Positions 24,139 to 33,573 of a DNA stretch of 56,938 nt are shown here, piece by piece (position 1 is the first letter of the stretch; every line of letters begins with the position of its first letter). The position numbers and the translations under genes were made by a program. The DNA is from Coniocarpon cinnabarinum (lineage: Eukaryota), in the NCBI GenBank assembly GCA_051942205.1, contig JAVECO010000061.1, forward strand, positions 62,001-118,938, given 5' to 3'. The notes beneath the pieces are model-generated. The model saw only the letters and a program-made list of their open reading frames with translations. It made no database searches and was not told where the DNA came from.

Positions 24139-25020
24139 ATGGCCAGCGACGACGTCGCACGTCCCACGCAGAGTGGCTCAATCGTCAATCAACCGCTGCC
24201 GCCTCTGGCTTACGACGAGGACTTATTCACGCGACGGGACGTCCAGGTCGAAATCGTCGTTCCCCAACGCAGGTTCGACACTAAAAGGAGCATGACAACG
24301 CGGATCCTCGATGCACCGGGTAGCCGGGATCTGAACACCATTCTCACGGGGCGATACCACTGGGTTCCAACGTTCGACCGTCACTTTCGCTCGAGAACGG
24401 TGGAATTGTACCAAGGTCCTCACGCGAGGTTCGCCCAGCGGAACACCGAGGCGTTGCTGCGCCTGCGGACGCCGCGCGATCCCGCGCAACCTGCTGAAGT
24501 CACAGGGCCGCAATGGGGGACCATTGGGATTCGTGCTCTGGATCACGAGCCGGGGTGGCGAAGTAGCCCCGAATACGCGCAGGCGCTGACCGACGTAGCA
24601 CCGTTCTCCCAACATTTGTACGCAAGTTCGGATTTTGGGTCGAGGTTCCCGCTCGCGACGCGTTACATCTACAACGGAGAACAGCGCCATCAGAGGATAT
24701 GCATCTGTCACAGCCGCGGCACGCCCATGATGCGGGAAATGCGCTTCGAGAGAGAATCAAATGACAGTCCTGCGCGGTTCGTGGGCGTGGTCCACCGGGG
24801 ATGCATGCTGAGCTGGATTATGATGATCGTGGTGTATCTCTTCGTGCGATTCCAATACGAGGAGAGGTTCGGGCTTGGGCGGATTGGGACGCCAGACGAG
24901 GAACGACACGCTGCTGAGGAGGAGAGGCGGGCGGTGGAGGCGCGGCGGGCTGTAGAGGAGAGGCGGGCGGTAAAGAAGAGGCGGGCGGAAGAGGCTAGAC
25001 AGAGGGGTCAAAGTGGATAG
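24139..25020 (+). CDS. Hypothetical protein with a hydrophobic segment and a charged EERRAV repeat tail
   Basis: 293-aa ORF with a coding-like C-rich to G-rich gradient; no family recognised. Confidence 0.6.
   Translation: MASDDVARPTQSGSIVNQPLPPLAYDEDLFTRRDVQVEIVVPQRRFDTKRSMTTRILDAPGSRDLNTILTGRYHWVPTFDRHFRSRTVELYQGPHARFAQRNTEALLRLRTPRDPAQPAEVTGPQWGTIGIRALDHEPGWRSSPEYAQALTDVAPFSQHLYASSDFGSRFPLATRYIYNGEQRHQRICICHSRGTPMMREMRFERESNDSPARFVGVVHRGCMLSWIMMIVVYLFVRFQYEERFGLGRIGTPDEERHAAEEERRAVEARRAVEERRAVKKRRAEEARQRGQSG
24919..24990 (+). repeat. 18-nt coding tandem repeat, 4 copies (EERRAV-like)
   Basis: GAGGAGAGGCGGGCGGTG / GAGGCGCGGCGGGCTGTA / GAGGAGAGGCGGGCGGTA / AAGAAGAGGCGGGCGGAA. Confidence 0.85.
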
Positions 25021-25701
25021 GAGGTCAAGGTCGGGGTCGCAGACGCAGACGGCAATGGATCAAAGTAGGTCTGGATTGAATCTGAGGGCTTAGGGAACGT
25101 GCTGGTGGGTCGGTAACGGCGGTGGTGGGGGATAAGATAGGTAGGCAAGATTGATACCAGGAGCAATGGTCACGTGACAGGGCAGGTTAGGACGGTGTGG
25201 CCCTTCCATTTGGAGCAGGTGATGACGGTGGCCCGTGCAGATGGCTTCTGAGTAAAACACGCAACATCAGCAGCAGTCAGTGTCAGCATATTTCACGGTG
25301 AAAGAAGGGGGAGGAGCAAGGCAACTTTCTGTTCATCATCGAAAACCCAAAAAGACATCATGAAAAGTACTCAAGCGTTCCGCCACCAGGGACGTCCCCT
25401 CACAGAGAGGACTCGACTATTAGTCTTACCGTGTACCTATCGGTATACATGGAACAAGTATACAGCCCAATCAAGGCCCAAACTCAGCATTAAAAGTATC
25501 AACTCTGTCCGGGTATTCTTGTCCATTTTTTGCCCACTCCAAACTCTTGACCAACTGGCCTACCATACGTGTGTCCAATGCCTGTCCTCCCGGCCTGGGA
25601 AAACCATCTCTTGAATTTCGCCCATGTGCAATCCTGCCTCTGCGCTCCTCCTATACACGAGTTGCCCATCGCATAACACTATCAAAGAGCAATGCACCCC
25701 A

Positions 25702-26385
25702 ATGACCAAAGCTCTCTACCGATTCCTCTTTCCAACCGCCCACCGCCCACTCCCCACCCACCTCTCTTTGAAACGCCTCCATCGTCCCTACCACACCCTC
25801 GACTTCCCCATTCCTCTCCCTTCCCTCGGGCCCCTACCCACCCCCCTTATGATGCACATCCTAGCAATTTACCTCACGACCTGTCTACGTCACCACGACA
25901 TCCTCCACACCACAGAATTCGACAAAGACAAAGTCCGCAACTGGCAAACATACACCGCAGGTATCGCTGAATGCAACCGTGCACGCCAACCCCTCATCGA
26001 CGTCGCTCTCGTAAATAAACAATGTCTCGACTAAGAACGGGATGTGTTTTCTCAGCACATCCGCCATCTCAATGACAGGAGAAGCGCGCTGGAGCGGCAG
26101 GAGACACAAGCCTAGAACGAGAGAATGACGCCTGGAGACGAAGGGCGCGCGGCCAAGAACATCGAGCTTGCTAAGCGAATCATGTGCGTGCAGTTGAGTG
26201 TGCTTTGTTTGGAAAAGGTGCGGTTGCCGTCACTGGGGAGACTGCCACGGAGGATGTTTGATCGGATCTGGTATTTGAAACGGCGGAGACGGAGACGGGA
26301 GCCTGTTCCGGTGCGAGGGGCGCATCAGGGGAGATTTTGGAAGTGGACGGCTCTGAGGTCGAGGAGAACGATTGAGGAGGAGTAA
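25702..26385 (+). pseudogene. Copy C of the F-box-like family with two in-frame stops
   Basis: One reading frame broken only by TAA 26032-34 and TAG 26113-15; LGPLPTPLMMHILAIYL...LIDVALVNKQCL...VLCLEKVRL. Confidence 0.6.
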
Positions 26386-26892
26386 GCTGGGGATGTTTTG
26401 GATTGCTGGGAGATGAGGAGGGTGAGCAGGCAGAAAATGGAAAGTAGCGGTCAGGTAAGGTAGTAAATGAAGGCAGAGACCGATTGGCCCTTCCAATTTG
26501 GTGTTGTCTTGCGACTTTGCAATCAGTAATTGCTAACGATTATGCGCCAAATCGACACAGCACAGTAACGTGAAACTGTACAAAAAGAGGCAGAAGCATG
26601 CCCAACATACCGTGCAATGAGGGTGTGATGACCATAATATGCTCTATGACTCCTGAGAAAGGATCTCGTCAATCACGACATGCTAGTTTAGTAATTGTCG
26701 CCTTGAGTCGAGCCCGCGCATGCCTCGACGAGATCCATGAGGTTCAATACCGTAATGCAATGAATCCAGCAACGCCAGCAACACAAGGTACCCGCCACTT
26801 GAAAATCCAGGAGTGCACGAAGAGGTCATTACTGATTTCTTGAGCTCCAAGACTGAACTCCGTTGAACGCCATCGCCGTGGTATCAGCAAGC

Positions 26893-27253
26893 TCAATCAT
26901 CACCACAGCCCAGCTTCTTCTTCCAATACTCATACTTGTTAACCCTATGCCGCCATGTCCGTGCCTTGGCCGCCTTCTCATCTATCCAGCCATCATCGTG
27001 ACAGCAGCAGCAACAACAGGCGTAAAGAAGGATCTTAGTCTTGATCTGCGTCTTCCGTTCCTAGATGTGTGTAAGCAATGACATCCATCTACTGATGAGT
27101 GTGATAGAAGCGCAATTTTACCTTGAACCGCTCATAACGATGGCGGTAGCAGCGGCGGCAAGGCGTACAGACGATATACGTGATCCAGTCGAGGATGCAG
27201 CCGATAGTGTCACATGGACAACAGAGAATATCGCAGGGCCCAGGGATGCCCAT
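26893..27253 (-). CDS. Orphan 99-aa cysteine-rich protein, 2 exons (absent from the ORF track)
   Basis: Exons 27253-27122 and 27060-26893; 61-nt phase-0 intron GTAAAA...GCTTAC...TAG. Protein MGIPGPCDILCCPCDTIGCILDWITYIVCTPCRRCYRHRYERFKERKTQIKTKILLYACCCCCCHDDGWIDEKAAKARTWRHRVNKYEYWKKKLGCGDD. Confidence 0.75.
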
Positions 27254-27663
27254 GCTGACCGACTCAAAGCAGTATGTTGAAGCAGGGATCCGTGCCTTTC
27301 AGCAGAGGTCTGCAAGGACGGCGTATTCTGCTGAGTATCGCGAGCATAGCGAAAGGGCGAACGTGAGAAGCCATAGCTTGGTTTGAGCGATCTTGCTAAC
27401 GACTAGCAGAACGTGGCTCTTTAGCTTTGGTGACAGCTGGCGCTGGAGAATTACGAGGCGGTTCGCTTTATGCGCCTTATCCGACCATCCCGAAGTCATC
27501 CTTGCCGATTGGTACGAGCCATTGTTTTGGGGCCTTTTTTCTGGCCCTGTGGCGTCGTGCAACTCTCAAACGGACATTTCTTTCCTGGCGAGACTGCTGT
27601 CCTCATGCATTCGACTGCAGCGAAAGCGCAACGTTGCCTCTCGTCATTCGAGTCTCTTGGATG

Positions 27664-28149
27664 CTAGAACTGCTTGTTGGGATACAGCTCTTCGTACTTG
27701 GCGACCAAGTCTTTGCACTCTTGGTTGTCCAGCACGATCACCTCAATGCCGTGACTGCGCATCAGCTCCTCTCTACCACTCATGCTCTGATTCTCTCCGA
27801 TGATGACGCGTGCGCACTGGAACCACATGGCAGCGCCCGCGCACATCGGACAGGGAGACATGGTGGTGTAGAGAGTTGAGCCATGCCAGTCAGACTTGGC
27901 GAGCGTGCGGTTGCTGTCGAATGCTGCGGTTTCGCCCTGCTATCGTCAGTGCGGTTGTAGGCTTTTCTGGTGGTGGGAAAAACTCACGTGCAGGATGGGA
28001 CTTCCGTTCTGATTGCGGGTATTCCGCCCGCGTCCGAGAAGTCTTCCATCTGGACTTATGATGGCGGCACCTATGGGATTGCCGCCTTCTGCGAGACCCG
28101 CACGTGCTTCTTCGAGCGCAATTTGAAAACCTTGGTCAGAGACTGACAT
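27664..28149 (-). CDS. Zn-dependent cytosine-deaminase-like protein (Fcy1 family), 2 exons
   Basis: Intron 27937-27987 joins ..GRNTRNQNGSPILH|GETAA..; contains HGE, LYTTMSPCPMC and GEN. The C-terminus is atypical. Confidence 0.88.
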
Positions 28150-28695
28150 CTTTCCTGGTGATGAGTGTGGCGTCTAGATGATCTTTTGGATGGCAGTGTG
28201 CTCTGCTTTCGACTTGTTTCGACTACAGTTGTGCTACTCGCATACCTGGAGATGCAAGACAATTTATAAGTTGTCAATTGCTGAGAACAGGTTAAGAGCA
28301 CGCTGAACAGTTAGTAAGACGCGCCGATCCCTCAGACGAATGTATACGGATGCAAACTTTGGCATGCGTCACATGAGAAATACGGTTTACCACTGGGATT
28401 TGTAGTTACTGCTTGTACTGGACATTCTCCTGAATACCATCATTGTATGCTTATCAATCAGGGAAGGGATCCAATAAAACGAGCACGTCAACAAGTAGGT
28501 ATCTTAATAGGCTTTTAGGTCAGCATGTGGGGAGCTCCGAAAGACCCTCTTCCCCCAGGAGTGCTAGCGTGCAAGAAGATACAACCAGACCCGCGTAATC
28601 CCACGCACCCAACCTTCACAAACTTGATTGAGCACGACATATCGACACATGGCGGACGGCTGAGTCGACCGACCTTATGGGTCCTGCTATGAATT

Positions 28696-29612
28696 TTAGG
28701 CTGGCGTTTTGCTGTCCTGCTTTTGCACTGAGCTGGGGCGCAATAGCTCACTGCCTCCGTTTTGCAACTCTTTGTTCTCGACGATGGGCCTCTCGGTGTC
28801 CTGGCCTTTGAGCGCGGCGTTGACGAGCCACGCAGCCAATTGATCCACTCCAATGGCAAAGCCTGACCATTGGAAGAAGGACGAGAGGGGTGAGCTCGTG
28901 CTTAAGACTTGCATTGGGCGTGCGACGCAAGTAGAAAGCTGTTCTGGGTTCTGCTGTCCGTACCTGACGACCGCATTCTCTACTTCGCCCTATTCCAGTC
29001 ACGTTAGCGTTCCATTTGCCACTCAAGTCTAGGTATCATGTGTGGACTTGCCCTCGTATAACGCCATTCTGACTTGAACCAAACCCCTTTCTGTCGATCT
29101 CGCTCGGTGAGTGCACCGCTTAAATAAGCGAATCGAACTGGCTGTTCCGACGGCTGCCGCTCATTGAGAATTGTATCTAGCGCAGCAACAGTGTAATCGA
29201 CTGATACACGCTGCAACGCTTCATCGTTCTTGAACGAAAACGATCCGAGTGCCCTGTATATCAGAGATACAGTCAGTTTTACTGCCGCCGCGAAAATAAG
29301 GTCGTGCAAACGTCTGCTGCTGATACGGCAAAGGGTACACGTATCGCCAGGAAATGGCTTGGAAATGACCTACCAAACCCAGCCATCAGCGTCGCGAATC
29401 TCATCGCGAACGTGCTGAGGATAAGACTTCCATTCGTCGTTGTTTTCCAATACAAGCTGCCTCAATTGAGCGCTATACTGAGACGGCAGCTTGTCATCTG
29501 ATACTTCTCGACGAGTTAAAGAAATGACCGCGTCGACATCAGGGTGTGTCAGCGCCTGAGCCAGGACTTCTCCCCCGATGAAGCCAGTAGAGCCCGTAAC
29601 GACCAGTTTCAT
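28696..29612 (-). CDS. NAD(P)-binding Rossmann-fold (atypical SDR / sugar-epimerase-like) protein, 3 exons
   Basis: MKLVVTGSTGFIGGEVL, WALG, RFAYLSG and RGEVE; introns 29254-29373 (GT-AG) and 28990-29051 (GC-AG). Confidence 0.88.
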
Positions 29613-31149
29613 GGTGGATCATTATTGTTTGAGTCAACTGAGACGGCCACACTATATCGCTTTCTACACGCGACTTAAGCTCGTTCGAGACGAAGCAACT
29701 CTAATTTCCATGACGGCCAAGGATCGCGGAACATAATTCCACCTACGCAAGTCACAGGGACGGGTAAACCTCCCGCCGGTAGAAATTAGCAGTCCGTTCG
29801 AGTGTCAAACTAGATCATTGTCTGACAAGCGAGCGAGACCAGCCGCCCTTCCACAGTACCGAATAGCCGCACGTGATTGGATCAAGCCCTACTCTAAGGA
29901 GTATACGTCTGCCACGATTCGAACGAGCGATACCATGCTCGTGTTGACATAACAAATGCCCACGAACGTCTGGTCAACGAAATCCTCCGTACTCAAGTTT
30001 ATTTGCTATTTCGAGTGAACACGTAAGACGCAGATCTTCCTCGTGTGTCGTCAGCGTAGCATCTAAGAACCCGTGTCAGCCTCTGGCTCGCCTCCTGTGG
30101 ATGGAGTATTGTCGCTGCGGTCTTCCGTGGCGTGCGCACGCGTCGCGAATCCTTACCAGATTGTGCTGAGTGTAGACCTGCCATTCACTCTGTGACCATA
30201 TGAGTCGGTTTCCTCTCAGCCATAGCTCATACATCAAAAAGGACCATATCGAGAATACAACACGGCTCGCTACATCCTCTCGCAGATCCAGTACAGCGCA
30301 AAGTCTGTCATAAAAAAGAATATAGGATCAAGGCAACTACTGAGCGTCGTAGTATACGGGCGTCCTAGCTGTGGGCAGCGACTGACTGGCTTTGGCACAA
30401 GAAGGTCCTTTGAAACCAGAACACATCCCATGACTGCCAAAGAATTTGGTCCCAGGCACGTCACTACCCGTCGGATATGAAGAGACTACTCACAGGATTG
30501 GTTCCACGAATTACAGAACGCATCTTCGGCCCTCGTATTAAAGAAGGCAATGCTCATACTGGTTGGTACGACACAGATCAGTAACGGTCTTACCATAGGT
30601 ACGTCAGCATGTGAGAAGTATGCAGCCTATGCTTACGGTACATTTTGCGTTGCACCGACTGCTTATACCTCGAGCAAGCTTGGCGGGCGACCCATCCACT
30701 ACCTGAGTCTTTGCCTGAATATTCTCTGTTCCACCCTCCCTTTCCAGTTGCGTGGCTCTTCATGCCACTCCCAATCATCAAAAGACTCCTTTGTTAAAGA
30801 ACCTGGCAGCGATGGTCGCGACGCTGCGTCGACAGTTGCATATGCATATGCACGTAATTGCTACGCAGAGCGGTCTACAGCTTGTGAGACATTCTGCTCT
30901 ATGGGTAGCTTGTTGACCGTTTGCCGTCTGCTTCGTCAGTGATTGCTCAACGCTCCTTTCGCTCAGTCCTGTCACCTCTAATCCGCACAAAGTAGCGGTC
31001 AACAGTACCTTGTACGGCTACGTCATGTCAAATATTTAAAGAGAGCTCCAGTCCGCTATATTTGTTCCAACAAGCCTCCAAAGCCTCCAAGTCTGCACAA
31101 AGTAAACCTAAACCAACTGTTCTTCATCGAAACCCCTACTCGGTTCACC

Positions 31150-31575
31150 ATGAAGTCCATTTTCTCGCTCATCTCGACTCTTGCCCTCCTCGGAACGGCC
31201 CTTGCCGTGCCCACCGACGAGGGCGCCATTCAGGAGCGCGCACTTACCGGGGAATTCACCGGCTACTCGGGCTACACTTGCAACGGGGACAGCGGCAGGG
31301 TCGACAGCTTCACCTCATCGGGCAGATGTATCCAGGCTCAAGGCCGTCACTCGTTCAACATTGGCGGGAACTGCGCCAGCGTCGTAGGTCTTCTGCAGAC
31401 AAGTTGCCCGACTCACGACGAGTGCTGACGTCTTGGCTGCTCATAGGAGGTGCTCCTCTACTCCGAAAACACCGACTGTACTGGCGCGTACACCATTGAC
31501 GAAGCTCACAAGAATTGCAACACCGTGGACACCGGCCACCCCTGGAAGTCGGCCAAAGCGTTCTGCAGGCAGTAG
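31150..31575 (+). CDS. Small secreted cysteine-rich protein, 120 aa, 2 exons
   Basis: Signal peptide MKSIFSLISTLALLGTALA and pro-segment ending IQER. Intron 31384-31446 (GTAGGT..GCTGAC..TAG); exon 2 EVLLYSENTDCTGAYTIDEAHKNCNTVDTGHPWKSAKAFCRQ; 6 Cys in total. Confidence 0.88.
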
Positions 31576-32230
31576 TAGGGACCGTCATTTCGGAAAAGGT
31601 TGCTGTCCTTTTCGACCAGCTCGGAAGCAGCAGTCCTCATTCTGCATGCAGGATTTACACCGCGGAAATTAGGATGGGGGACGGCCAAGTTTTCATATCA
31701 CACTCGTTTGATGACTAGTTCGAAGAATCGATTTCTCATTTCTTTTGCGTCCCTGCAAATACGTTGCACAAGTGCCGCTCTACTTTGCCACCTGCTTCGT
31801 TACAAAGCGCCCCGGCTTATCCCATGCCTGAAATGCATAGGATGTGTACAGCCCCCACTGTTAGTTCAGACGTTGGTGACGTTGCTGCCGATGCTGGTTT
31901 GGGTGAAACACTCGAGCTACAAACGTAGACAATTGCCATTTGAAGCTGCACGCATCCTATAGAGATGCATCGTCCGCAGCTTTCCACACTGAATGTCGAT
32001 TGCTGCCTTGTGTTGTATTTGCGGGATACAGTACATGAGTGGTGTCTCGCGCTCTCTTGCATATCGATGCCACGATTCGCGCGAGCGATTGCCGGACCGT
32101 GCGCGGACCGAGAGATCCTGCACGTGCCGCAATGGCCAAGAACGTCATCCGAATCTCGGAGTCGAAAAATCCTCTTTGACAGCTCGGTCGAGATTCGAAG
32201 AATGACGACGATGGACGTGCTGACTGTCTG

Positions 32231-32325
32231 TGACTCTGCGCGCCCTTTCCTTGTCGATCCTCCTTTCATCCACCACTCTTCTCCTTCCTGACTCTGCACT
32301 GCCTGACTCTGCAGCACCTGACCGC
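32231..32325 (+). promoter_or_regulatory. TGACTC (Gcn4/CpcA-type) motifs, two of them within a 15-nt tandem repeat, directly upstream of SNZ1
   Basis: TGACTC at 32231, 32289 and 32304; repeat CCTGACTCTGCACTG CCTGACTCTGCAGCA CCTGACCGCGCA. Confidence 0.45.
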
Positions 32326-32331
32326 GCAACC

Positions 32332-33388
32332 ATGGCGACTGAACTCCCCATCTCCAATGGCCACCCCACTAATGGCACTGCGGCTGCCAGCGCCCCGACT
32401 CAGACGAATGGCGAGTCGACGAATACCTTTTCCGTCAAGGCGGGACTTGCTCGTATGCTGAAGGGGGGCGTGATCATGGACGTTGTCAACGCTGAGCAGG
32501 TACGTTCTGCTGTCCTCGTCATTCTATGCTATCCACCCTCCACACTACCCCACGTTCGTCATTGAATCCCAATCTAACACCACGCCTTTCCAGGCCCGCA
32601 TCGCCGAAGAAGCCGGCGCTTCAGCAGTCATGGCCCTCGAGCGCGTCCCCGCCGACATCCGCGCCCAAGGCGGCGTCGCACGAATGTCCGACCCCCACCT
32701 CATAACCGAAATCATGGCGGCCGTCACCATCCCCGTCATGGCCAAAGCGCGCATCGGCCACTTCGTTGAATGCCAAATCCTCCAATCCCTAGGCGTGGAC
32801 TACATCGACGAGTCCGAAGTCCTCACCCCCGCCGACAACGCACACCACGTCGTGAAACACGACTTCTCGACGCCGTTCGTCTGTGGGTGCCGGAATCTGG
32901 GCGAGGCGCTGCGAAGAGTAAGCGAGGGCGCGGCGATGATCCGGACGAAAGGCGAGGCGGGAACGGGCGATGTGGTCGAGGCGGTATACCATGTGCGGAC
33001 GGTGACGCGGCAGATCAAGCAGGCGCAGGGGATGAGCGAGGCGGAGTTGTATGGGTTTGCGAAAGAGCTGCAGTGCGATTTTGGGTTGCTGAAGGAGACG
33101 GCCAGGCTAGGTCGACTGCCTGTCGTGAATTTTGCGGCGGGTGGGGTCGCGACGCCGGCGGATGCGGCGATGATGATGCAGTTGGGGTGTGATGGAGTGT
33201 TTGTGGGGAGTGGAATCTTCAAGAGTGGAGACCCAAGAGCACGAGCACGAGCAATTGTGCAGGCGACGACTCACGCGAATAATCCGAAGGTGTTGGCGGA
33301 CGTGAGCAAGGGGTTGGGAGAGGCAATGGTGGGCTTAAACGTCGGTGGGATGAGTGAGAAGGAAAAACTGGCGAAGCGAGGATGGTGA
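32332..33388 (+). CDS. SNZ1: Pyridoxal 5'-phosphate synthase subunit Pdx1/Snz1
   Basis: [37 protein letters not shown] and GEAGTG; intron 32500-32593. Confidence 0.98.
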
Positions 33389-33573
33389 TGCGACTTGCGT
33401 TTCGGGAAAGGCAGTCCAACAGATTGTATAGACATCGAAGCATTGACATGAGCAACGGCGTGGGGAAGGTTCAGTTTCGTTCAATGATGGACGCGGATTG
33501 TCCTCGAAGCATTTGCTCAGGCGTAGCGTGCACACCTGGTGGATATCCTGATTGCATCATCAGTGGATAAGTA

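Noticed and set aside
31600..32330. Divergent SNO1/PDX2 partner next to SNZ1
   Set aside because: No glutaminase motifs seen; the partner gene is not in this window.
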